Made by a program: the position numbers and the translations under genes. Of a stretch of DNA of 20,000 nucleotides, positions 1 to 8,002 are shown one piece after another. The stretch comes from an uncultured virus (IMG/VR IMGVR_UViG_3300006789_000016) (lineage: Duplodnaviria; Heunggongvirae; Uroviricota; Caudoviricetes). Where the stretch lies: IMG/VR virus record IMGVR_UViG_3300006789_000016, positions 54,562 through 74,561 of that record; one strand, written 5' to 3'. The notes beneath the pieces were generated by a model. The model was not told the origin of the DNA. It searched no databases and saw only the letters and a list, made by a program, of their open reading frames with translations. How positions within the stretch are numbered: the first letter of the stretch is position 1; the number at the start of each line of letters is the position of its first letter.

Positions 1-145
1 AGTAGTCGTCAAATTTTACATTGTTCCCAATGCGAGTTCCAGAATGAAGCTTACAAAAGTCTCCAATCTTTACATCGTCACCAAGAACAACATCATTGTC
101 GATAACTGTATATTTTCCTGCTCTTGTATTCTTTCCTATTTTCAT
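1..145 (-). CDS. Hexapeptide-repeat (left-handed beta-helix) acyltransferase, N-terminal part, truncated at window edge
   Basis: Not in the ORF track. Manual translation from ATG at 145 (ATGA overlap with the upstream stop) gives MKIGKNTRAGKYTVIDNDVVLGDDVKIGDFCKLHSGTRIGNNVKFDDY, open to the edge, with [IVL]G-x4 hexapeptide periodicity. Confidence 0.85.
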   Translation of the reverse strand, partial: MKIGKNTRAGKYTVIDNDVVLGDDVKIGDFCKLHSGTRIGNNVKFDDY

Positions 146-789
146 TCAAACACCCACCTTTTAAGCACTGCCGGAACACCAGCAACAAGAGTTCTTGAAG
201 CAACCGACTTAGTGACAACAGCACCAGCTGCTACTATTGCATTTTCTCCTATTTCAACACCAGGGAGAAGCGAACTGTTTTGTCCAATTCTAGCCCCTTT
301 TTTAATAACAGGGCCAGCACTAGTCCATTCTTTTCCTTGAGGCGCTAACCTACCCATAGAGTTGTCGTTGGCACACATCGTTCCTTGTCCAATGAAGACA
401 CCATCTTCAATAGTCATGTTGCCAGAAATATTGCATAAATCCATGATTTTTACTTTGTTGCCAACAGTAGTTTTGAATCCAATTTTTGCATTCATTCCAA
501 CAATACAAAATTTACCAAGAACACAATGATCTCGGAGCTTGGCGCCATCACCGATAAGAGTATTAGCTCCTACATAACAACCATGGTAAATAGTTGCTCC
601 AGCCCCGATTACACAGTTCTCTTCAATATAAGTAGAAGTTAATTCTGTGCTGGGCTTTCGGCTAGTTGCACCAGAGGGAACTTTCGGCGGCTTTCCAATT
701 ACAGCAAAAGGACCGACTGACACGTTCTCACCCATAACAACACCTTCATAAATATAACAAGGAATCCCTTTCCATTCTGTTAGTATCAT
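142..789 (-). CDS. Hexapeptide-repeat N-acetyltransferase, WbpD/WlbB-like
   Basis: Continuous hexapeptide repeats, FIGQGTMCAND (compare the FIGPxxxFTND motif) and C-terminal IGENAIVAAGAVVTKSV...VAGVPA typical of NDP-sugar acetyltransferases. Confidence 0.88.
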   Translation of the reverse strand: MILTEWKGIPCYIYEGVVMGENVSVGPFAVIGKPPKVPSGATSRKPSTELTSTYIEENCVIGAGATIYHGCYVGANTLIGDGAKLRDHCVLGKFCIVGMNAKIGFKTTVGNKVKIMDLCNISGNMTIEDGVFIGQGTMCANDNSMGRLAPQGKEWTSAGPVIKKGARIGQNSSLLPGVEIGENAIVAAGAVVTKSVASRTLVAGVPAVLKRWVFE

Positions 790-1646
790 TAAATTTCTCC
801 ATGAGCTTTTAGTACTTCTAATATAAATTCAGCACGTTGTAGATAGGTGTGGTGGCACAACATATGCTTATAAGCCTTTTGTCCTAACTCTATTAAATCT
901 TTTGGATATCTAGAATAATATTCTAAAGCGGGCTTTAGTTTAACAGATTCAATATAGTGTTCGTTTGGAGTAAAAAGTTCGCGTAAACCTTTGTGTGGGT
1001 ATGTCAACACAGAAACTTGGCAACTAAAACTATCAAAATATCTTATTGGAACACCTGGCTTGCCCTCTTTCCAGAGATAATCATTCCAAATACCTATAGA
1101 GGCTAAGCTTTTAGATAAATGCCTGAATCTTTCTCTGTGGTAAAGATGGGGAGGAATGTTTCCCATAAGTTTATACATCCCTCCAATATCTTTCTTTATT
1201 TCTCTGTGAAGTACTCCGCGCAATGTGTCTTCTTTGCTTTTATCCTTAGCAAGGAGAACAAAATCAGATCTTTTTTTAGCGACCATCCATCCTCGCTGTA
1301 GACCAGCAAAGGGAAGGTAAAAACTATTTTTGACTTCGCGACGAGTTGTAAAATAATACTTTATTCCTCGTCGCCCACGAGCTAATTCGTGGCTAGCTTC
1401 CTTCTCCCAAAATATACAGATATGTTTTTTCTTTAATTTCTTTAAAATATTTGTAGGAGGTAATGTCGAAGGACAGGGGAATATAATTAGATCAATATTT
1501 CTTGCTTTGAGCCATCTTGATAATTTCTCATAAGGAAGTCCTAGCACTTCGTTGTGGCAGTGATAAACATTGTGCCCAAGAAGAGTAAAGCCACAACCTA
1601 ATGCCTTCTCCAAAGGTCTTGTATGGCCAATAAGTATATTTAACAT
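789..1646 (-). CDS. CgeB-like (Glyco_trans_1_2-type) glycosyltransferase
   Basis: GT-B-like layout; FYLPFA, RYFDSFSC, GLRELFTPNEHYI and C-terminal IELGQKAYKHMLCHHTYLQRAEFIL match the CgeB-family HTYxxR ending. Confidence 0.75.
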   Translation of the reverse strand: MLNILIGHTRPLEKALGCGFTLLGHNVYHCHNEVLGLPYEKLSRWLKARNIDLIIFPCPSTLPPTNILKKLKKKHICIFWEKEASHELARGRRGIKYYFTTRREVKNSFYLPFAGLQRGWMVAKKRSDFVLLAKDKSKEDTLRGVLHREIKKDIGGMYKLMGNIPPHLYHRERFRHLSKSLASIGIWNDYLWKEGKPGVPIRYFDSFSCQVSVLTYPHKGLRELFTPNEHYIESVKLKPALEYYSRYPKDLIELGQKAYKHMLCHHTYLQRAEFILEVLKAHGEI

Positions 1647-2569
1647 TTCTTTAATATATCTTCAATATCTCCAACAACCCTCATTCCAAGACTCCCTGGA
1701 GAAACAAAAGGTTTATCTAATAAAATCCAATCTGCAAATTCATCAACAAGCAAAGCCAATGGCTCTTTAACTTCTCCTTCATAAATAGACATCCAACTAT
1801 AACGATGGGCCATGTCTCTATCAATACCAACAATGGCTTTGTCGTAAATAATAAGAGGAGAGTCAGACAACATGTCATACTCAATCATCCCATTAGTTCC
1901 GACTACAGTTGTTGTTCTGTCTTTCTTCGGGTTTAACCAGCTTAAATCTAATCCATAAGTCATCCCAGTTTTGTATTCTATATGGATAGTTGCTGTATCA
2001 ACAACATCATTCTGTAGATGAGTTCCAGAAACTACAGCCGAGACTTGAAAGTCAGAACCAAAAAGATAATCCATAACGGCTAAGTCATGTGGTGCTAAAT
2101 CCCAGATAACTCCAGACAATTGGAACTTACCAAAATTAAGACGTCTAGAAACTACATGAAGAATATCCCCAATTTTTCCAGCTTGAATTAATTTTCTAAG
2201 TTGTCTTATATGTGAACTAAACAAAAATGTATGATCTACGCCTAATTTAAGATTCTTTTCAGCGGCCAGCCGGACAAGGGCTTGTGCATCTTTTAGGGTT
2301 GTTGTTAGTGGCTTTTCTACAAGGACATGTTTTCCTGCCAACAAGGCTTCTTTTGCCACACTATAGTGGGTTTCGGGAGGAGTAGCAATAACAACAGCAT
2401 CGAAGTCTCTCATGGCCAATGCATCTTTTAAAGACTTTTCTTCCCTCTCTTCTTCGCCTGCTTGCATATCAACCAAAGCAGTCACTTTTATTCTGCTATT
2501 TTTTTCTAAATTTCTAAGTAACTTTGGGCCCCAATATCCTTTATGTCCTACAAGACATATACTTAACAT
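1640..2569 (-). CDS. Gfo/Idh/MocA family NAD-dependent oxidoreductase, WbpB/WlbA-like NDP-sugar dehydrogenase
   Basis: N-terminal Rossmann motif VGHKGYWG, DAVVIATPPETH, GKHVLVEKP and WDLAPHD; sits within a sugar-modification cluster. Confidence 0.9.
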   Translation of the reverse strand: MLSICLVGHKGYWGPKLLRNLEKNSRIKVTALVDMQAGEEEREEKSLKDALAMRDFDAVVIATPPETHYSVAKEALLAGKHVLVEKPLTTTLKDAQALVRLAAEKNLKLGVDHTFLFSSHIRQLRKLIQAGKIGDILHVVSRRLNFGKFQLSGVIWDLAPHDLAVMDYLFGSDFQVSAVVSGTHLQNDVVDTATIHIEYKTGMTYGLDLSWLNPKKDRTTTVVGTNGMIEYDMLSDSPLIIYDKAIVGIDRDMAHRYSWMSIYEGEVKEPLALLVDEFADWILLDKPFVSPGSLGMRVVGDIEDILKKC

Positions 2570-3418
2570 TTAAACTCCTAACTTATAGTTTTCGATTATT
2601 TTTAAATAAGCTTTAGCCATTTTGAATGCCGACCATTTTTTATAGACTAACTCTAAACATTTATTAGAGCAGTAAGTATAAAAATCTTTATCTGTACTCA
2701 GTTCTTCTAAACAAACAACAGCGTCTTCTATTTTCTTGAAAGCAAGACTATTGAGTATAGGATGAAGAGAAATTAACTTTTTGTTTCTGGGATGAAGTAG
2801 TGTTACTACAGGCAAACCACAAGCCATGGCTTCTTTTGGAGCTAAACCAAGAGAGTAGCTTAGAACAAATACTTTGCTTTTCCAATAAAAATTCCTCACT
2901 CCATCTTTCTCTACTGCGGGTATATCATACCCTACCAAAGGAATTTCCTTAAATTTTTGCATTTCTTTTAAAAGATCAATTCTCTTTTGGTCATAGCGTG
3001 CTTTGTTCCAAATATCAGCACAAGAAATAAACCCAAATCTCGAAGTCACCGAAGGTCTCCAAAAGTTTAGATCTATACCATTGGGAATGTGATGGATACC
3101 TTTTTTGGGCTGACAAAGCATACCACCCTCAAGGGATGAACGCTCATCAACAATGATAATTGGTCGATGAGTTGTAGGCAATCGATGATCAAGAGACCAT
3201 CGGTTATGATCAATTAACAAAACATTTTGCAGATCAATTAACTTTCCTGCCTCTACAAAAGTAATAGAAGCAATGATTAAGTCATAAGGAGAGAGGTCTA
3301 AATCAAAATCTTTCGGAGTGGCAGGGTTGACAGTTATGTCCATTAGTCCAAGAGAATAAAAACCTTTAGCTAAATAATCACCCCAGGTGGGATGATGCGG
3401 AAGAATCAATATATTCAT
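2570..3418 (-). CDS. GT4-like glycosyltransferase (divergent)
   Basis: HHIPNGIDLNFWRP and GLAPKEAMACGLPVV motifs; C-terminal KKWSAFKMAKAYLKII helix typical of GT4. Confidence 0.78.
   Translation of the reverse strand: MNILILPHHPTWGDYLAKGFYSLGLMDITVNPATPKDFDLDLSPYDLIIASITFVEAGKLIDLQNVLLIDHNRWSLDHRLPTTHRPIIIVDERSSLEGGMLCQPKKGIHHIPNGIDLNFWRPSVTSRFGFISCADIWNKARYDQKRIDLLKEMQKFKEIPLVGYDIPAVEKDGVRNFYWKSKVFVLSYSLGLAPKEAMACGLPVVTLLHPRNKKLISLHPILNSLAFKKIEDAVVCLEELSTDKDFYTYCSNKCLELVYKKWSAFKMAKAYLKIIENYKLGV
2575..2579 (-). promoter_or_regulatory. Shine-Dalgarno AGGAG for the oxidoreductase gene
   Basis: Minus strand reads TAGGAGTTTAAATG; AGGAG lies 5 nt before the ATG at 2569. Confidence 0.65.
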
Positions 3419-4227
3419 ACATTAAACTTCCACTTCTTTTTTCTTTTAATCCAAGAAACGATAACCTTTGGGTGAGATCCTGCAAAAGTCTGTGTTTTAA
3501 GACTACCTGGATTATAGACAAAACTTGACTGAATGTATCTTTTATTGCGAAAAGAACGATAGTTCGCATTCTCTACAGCAAACTGTTTCTTTAGTTTTTT
3601 CCCCATAGCTTCCGCGTCTCTGCACCAACCGTAATGGTTTACAAAAGCAGATACTTTTTGTACATCGGCGCGAGCATAAAACTTTTCTGTATTGATATCA
3701 ATATTATCAACACCAACAGCTACATGAGAACAGCCAGGCCTAGCAATAAACCTTACTTTTTGATTTCGACGAGTAAGCTTTGAACGCTCTTGATACCATT
3801 TAGTGTCTATCACTTGTTTTTGTGCTTTCACCCCAAAGAAATGCCTAAACTTAAATACAAAATAATTTTTATCTCTTCTTTTACTTATCTCTATTATCTT
3901 TTTTGCTGTCTTTGAGGGCACTACTTCGTCAGCATCTGCTCTCCAAATCCATTCGCTTGTACAGGCCCGCAAAATCCGAGTTCTTAGTTTAGATTCAGTA
4001 GAGCGGTTTAACGCCCAAGGATGCCGCAAAATAACAAATCGTCCATTTGGCTGAACTTGATAAAACTCTTCTTGAAGATCTAACAACAACTCTAATGTAT
4101 TATCAATAGAGTGTGCTTCCAAAATGACTATCTCATTAGAAAAAGCAAAAAGAGATCGTATAGCTGCTTGCATTGGATAGTCAAGAATCTCCACATCCCT
4201 AACCCACATTACTGAACTAACAGACAT
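3415..4227 (-). CDS. GT2 (GT-A fold) glycosyltransferase
   Basis: NEIVILEAHSIDNT, DxD motif in WIWRADADEVV, and VNHYGW. Confidence 0.85.
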   Translation of the reverse strand: MSVSSVMWVRDVEILDYPMQAAIRSLFAFSNEIVILEAHSIDNTLELLLDLQEEFYQVQPNGRFVILRHPWALNRSTESKLRTRILRACTSEWIWRADADEVVPSKTAKKIIEISKRRDKNYFVFKFRHFFGVKAQKQVIDTKWYQERSKLTRRNQKVRFIARPGCSHVAVGVDNIDINTEKFYARADVQKVSAFVNHYGWCRDAEAMGKKLKKQFAVENANYRSFRNKRYIQSSFVYNPGSLKTQTFAGSHPKVIVSWIKRKKKWKFNV

Positions 4228-4233
4228 AAGTGA

Positions 4234-4572
4234 TTACTTTACTTCAAATTCAGCATCAACCTTGTCATACCAAGTCACTCCTTCACGAACTAAACCAAAT
4301 CTTATTTCGTATTTTCCTGACAATAAAGAAAGATCAGCTGCTTCAAAAGAAGTGCGATAAACCACTGTTTCTCCAGCAGGAACAGTATCTGCCCTAACTA
4401 GCCCTACCCTATAAGGTATCTTTATTTCCTTGTCTCCAACAAGATGTCTTATACGACAAGGCCTAATCAGTAATTTACTTTTGCTCTGATCTTGACCAGT
4501 AGTATTGTCTAGCTCAAGAATAAAGAAGAATTTATTCTTTCGACGATAAGCTTTGATTACTTTGAGTTTCAT
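4234..4572 (-). CDS. Small Ig-like beta-sandwich protein (NBR1-Ig-like pattern)
   Basis: VPAGETV...GKYEIRFGLVREGVTWY resembles the VxPGE...GxYxLxxxLVxEGVxW pattern of NBR1-type Ig-like domains; translationally coupled to the GT4 gene by ATGA. Confidence 0.6.
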   Translation of the reverse strand: MKLKVIKAYRRKNKFFFILELDNTTGQDQSKSKLLIRPCRIRHLVGDKEIKIPYRVGLVRADTVPAGETVVYRTSFEAADLSLLSGKYEIRFGLVREGVTWYDKVDAEFEVK

Positions 4573-5951
4573 AAGTCCATAACCTCGATAAGCCTCTTGG
4601 CAGAAAGATCATAATTCTCATTCTTCCTAACCCATTGAGCGGCTTTCTTTCCTTTTTTAAATGCCTCTCTTTTGTGAGAGACAATATGACGCATTTGTTC
4701 TACTAAATCATCAGTATTAATTTTAGCATACTGACCAAAATCATCTGATCCATTATTGTGTGATCTTAAGAATTTAGGCAAGTCAGCTCGTTGTAAGCCA
4801 CTTGGATTCACCCAATAAGCGATATCATCCTTGCATATTTCTGTAAGAGAAGACCAGTTACAAAGAATAACGGGGAGTCCCGTGCACATAGCCTCTCGTG
4901 GAGGTAGGCCATAGCCCTCTCCGTTAGAGGGAAATAGGAAACAGTCGGCCCGGTGCATTAGACTCACCAATTCTTTATGCGGCAACCTTGCATCTATAAC
5001 CTCAACATTGCTTGGCAAGTTAGGCTTGTTTCCTCCCCACCCTCCGCTGATTTTTAAAATAAGCTTCACATCTGTTCTATTCCCAAAAGCTCTTTTGAAT
5101 GCTGCCAACGTCAGAGGGTAGTTCTTCCTAGAGTTAGACCAATGCGCATTAGCTAGCAAGAGAAACTCAAAGGGTTTATCTCTCTTTGCTCTATTCTCAC
5201 ACATAGGCCATATCTTATGATTTACCCCCAAGGGAACTTTGTGGATAGGAACTTTTACCCCTGCGTCTTTGAAAATCTTTTTACAAAAGTCAGAAGGAAC
5301 AATAAGGTGATTAAACTTATTGTTAATTCTACCGGCCCAGGCGCTAGGAACCTTTGTCGTTTCGAACATTGTGAGAATATATTTCTCTGCTCTTTGACAT
5401 TTTCCATGCGTCCTGGTTATAGCTGGAGTATGATATAAAAGATATTTCTTGTAAAGGAAGTTTCTTTCATTAACCAACTCATGGAATTTTGCACTAGCTA
5501 AATGATTGTTATTCCTACGTGTAGGGACAAATGACATAGAGATATGTGCACGATCCAGAGCGAGAACTAATTGCTCTGTACTATTTCCATAACCATCACA
5601 AGGGTCGAACACTCCTTCAAATACCAATCCTTTCTCCAGAGGAGCTACAGATTGATCCATAAAGGCGTGGCCTAGTTCTTTACACAAAGCCGTATAGACA
5701 TCCTCTACATCTTTTCCATTCTTCAAGCATCTTGAATAGTCAATTACATATCCAAAACGTTGTCTTTTGAATCCCATAAGAGGGATAATCCCTATCCCAG
5801 GATATTTTTGAGGTAAGCCCGGTGCTGGGTTGGCGAGAGCAAAATGCCAACTATACCTAGAGGTTTCCTCTTTTATCTTGTTAATAGCTGCAAAATAAAT
5901 TTTATATAGTTCTGGGTTTTGTTTAGGAAATTGAATAACTACTTTTTTCAT
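4569..5951 (-). CDS. GT4 glycosyltransferase with an extra N-terminal region of about 100 aa
   Basis: DGYG, TMFETTKVP, LIVPSDF, RKN, and an intact E-x7-E motif in ADCFLFPSNGEGYGLPPREAMCTGLPVI. Confidence 0.9.
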   Translation of the reverse strand: MKKVVIQFPKQNPELYKIYFAAINKIKEETSRYSWHFALANPAPGLPQKYPGIGIIPLMGFKRQRFGYVIDYSRCLKNGKDVEDVYTALCKELGHAFMDQSVAPLEKGLVFEGVFDPCDGYGNSTEQLVLALDRAHISMSFVPTRRNNNHLASAKFHELVNERNFLYKKYLLYHTPAITRTHGKCQRAEKYILTMFETTKVPSAWAGRINNKFNHLIVPSDFCKKIFKDAGVKVPIHKVPLGVNHKIWPMCENRAKRDKPFEFLLLANAHWSNSRKNYPLTLAAFKRAFGNRTDVKLILKISGGWGGNKPNLPSNVEVIDARLPHKELVSLMHRADCFLFPSNGEGYGLPPREAMCTGLPVILCNWSSLTEICKDDIAYWVNPSGLQRADLPKFLRSHNNGSDDFGQYAKINTDDLVEQMRHIVSHKREAFKKGKKAAQWVRKNENYDLSAKRLIEVMDL

Positions 5952-7981
5952 TTTAAAGTCAAAAGCTTTTGAGCTGTAACAACAAAGGTCTCTGCCACTG
6001 CAGAGTCTACTGTTTGCAACAACTCTTTCTTAATTGTAACGAGTTCATCATTATAAAGATATCCTTCAGAGGCAATGTCAAAAGCTGTCCCCAATTCTTC
6101 GAGATCAAATCCCTCGACTTGACCAAGGACTTTCTTTGTTTCAGAATAAAAAACATTATGAAGTTCTGTATTTCCCTGTAAGAAATAAGAAGCGTTAAAG
6201 GGCATGTCCAGCTTTTTGAGTGCTGGAGAACTTATCGTAGGCTTTCCATATAGCATTGCTTCTTTCAAGTAAGTACCCAAGTGAACATCATCTAATTGAA
6301 TGTAAACATCAATCCCCCTAAACCATTTATGCATAACTGCTCTATTGGTCAAAGGAACAACATTAACAGAAGGACTTACAAAAGGTGCTTCGCCCGATGC
6401 CAAATCCTGTAATAGTGTTAACTGAAGGTCTTTCCATCCACACTTTTTTGTTCCCTTTATTAAATCCTGTAACCTTGATCTTGAAACATTCTTAACAACA
6501 CTACCCACTACAAGCTTGTTTTTGGTTGGGTTGTGAATTCGAGAAAGACTAACATTTAAAGGTAGGTCTACTACATAGATTGGCTTAGAAACTCCTGCGT
6601 CGATAATTAAAGACTCTGCATATTTAGATGTCACAAACAATGCATCATAGTCTCGAGTTAATCGATTGATTGCTTCTCGAGAAAGCTTCCTCTCTTCTAT
6701 TAGTACAAAAGCAAATCGCAGTAATCCCTGCGCTGGCATTGCATAGTTCGTACGAACAAGAGTGGAGGTTTTAAACACATCAACAACCAAGGCATCCTTG
6801 TTGTTTTGGGATGGATTAAGAGAAGCCTTGAAGCCTATCTTCTTGAAGATCTCCTTTAGAGATTCTGCAAGATAACCTGTTTCAAAATCTGGCTCAATCA
6901 GAGTGAAGATATCGATAGGTATTTTCTTATCAAGAATAGTTACTAGATCTTTATCTAGTCTAGATTCAATCGCCTGGCCGACTTCTTGATAGGTAATTCC
7001 TTTCATACAAGCAATATTGATTGAGCACGGCTTGTAGAAACACCCAGCACATGGAAGGTCACTAAATACAGCAGTTGCATTTTTGTAATGATTCAGCCGA
7101 GCCATGGGAGGAGTAGAACCGAAGACCCCTACAATATCTTTTTCAAGCGCACCTGCGATATGAAGCATCCCTGAGTCAGGGCCAACAAAAAGACTACAGG
7201 CATTTACTAATGCAGACTTCGCTCTTAGGTCAAACTGAGAAACATCCCATGTGTTCTTATAGTCCCAGGTCCTACCCAGTCTTTTATTATGATCGTTAAC
7301 AAGGAATTTTAAATCATTTCTGATGCTATTCAAATAACCAATAAGATGGACATACTTTCCAACAGGCCATGTCCGGCGAGGGTCAACAGAAGCAATATCT
7401 AAGAAAACTAATTTAGTGCCATTGAGTTTGCCAAACTGTTTCTTCAGGATTTTCCCCACCCATTCCTTTTCTTTTTTAGATACAATGTAAGTAGGCTTCT
7501 TGTTCGGAAGCCTAATCCCTACATAATCTGCAAACAAATCAATACGATTGCGAGGATATAAATTCTTGTTTTCATGGGTAAGGCCCGCTGTCGTAATATC
7601 AGAAAAGAAATGGTAATCTTCTCTATTGACTTTTTGGAAATCAACAACATGATCTATATGAGGATTCTCTTTAAGAAGATCGCTCAAAACTCCAGGCTGT
7701 GTAGCATATGTCGTTTCACAGTTGGGGTAGAAATGCTTAAAAGCCTCCAAGACAGGAGTTGACATAATGATATCACCGATACCGCCTAGCTTTCTCTGAA
7801 TACAAACCTTAACAATAGATTGATCTCCTCCTAGTTGAGGAACAGAATTCTTTTGTTGAAAGTTCGGACGCTTTTGAGCCTTTCCTCTTCCACCATTTGT
7901 GACAACGGGGATTTGCTTTCTTGTTGGACGAGCTACTCCTCGACCACCGATACGTCTATTCTTTCTAAATACATTTCCCAT
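5948..7981 (-). CDS. Fusion protein: basic N-terminal arm, GT9 (heptosyltransferase-like) domain, degenerate GT4-like domain
   Basis: GT9 motifs GGIGDIIMSTPVL, LLKENPHID, RRTWP, FVGPDSGMLHIAGAL, GVFGST and CAGCFYKPC..CM. The C-terminal half has DALFVTS and KEAMLYGKPTIS. Confidence 0.9.
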   Translation of the reverse strand: MGNVFRKNRRIGGRGVARPTRKQIPVVTNGGRGKAQKRPNFQQKNSVPQLGGDQSIVKVCIQRKLGGIGDIIMSTPVLEAFKHFYPNCETTYATQPGVLSDLLKENPHIDHVVDFQKVNREDYHFFSDITTAGLTHENKNLYPRNRIDLFADYVGIRLPNKKPTYIVSKKEKEWVGKILKKQFGKLNGTKLVFLDIASVDPRRTWPVGKYVHLIGYLNSIRNDLKFLVNDHNKRLGRTWDYKNTWDVSQFDLRAKSALVNACSLFVGPDSGMLHIAGALEKDIVGVFGSTPPMARLNHYKNATAVFSDLPCAGCFYKPCSINIACMKGITYQEVGQAIESRLDKDLVTILDKKIPIDIFTLIEPDFETGYLAESLKEIFKKIGFKASLNPSQNNKDALVVDVFKTSTLVRTNYAMPAQGLLRFAFVLIEERKLSREAINRLTRDYDALFVTSKYAESLIIDAGVSKPIYVVDLPLNVSLSRIHNPTKNKLVVGSVVKNVSRSRLQDLIKGTKKCGWKDLQLTLLQDLASGEAPFVSPSVNVVPLTNRAVMHKWFRGIDVYIQLDDVHLGTYLKEAMLYGKPTISSPALKKLDMPFNASYFLQGNTELHNVFYSETKKVLGQVEGFDLEELGTAFDIASEGYLYNDELVTIKKELLQTVDSAVAETFVVTAQKLLTLK

Positions 7982-8002
7982 AATCCACGTTTTTAAGACT
8001 TA

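Noticed and set aside
3378..3569. 63-aa minus-strand ORF
   Set aside because: It overlaps two glycosyltransferase genes in another frame and has no motif support.
1..7981. Ordinary cellular LPS/O-antigen/capsule locus
   Set aside because: No membrane, export or polymerase genes are in view and the cluster directly follows virion-like genes. This is disfavoured but not excluded, because the cluster continues past the edge.
1..7981. Glycosyltransferases for DNA hypermodification (T4-like glucosylation)
   Set aside because: No hydroxymethylase or nucleotide-metabolism genes are nearby, and the position is downstream of structural genes; less parsimonious, though not formally excluded.
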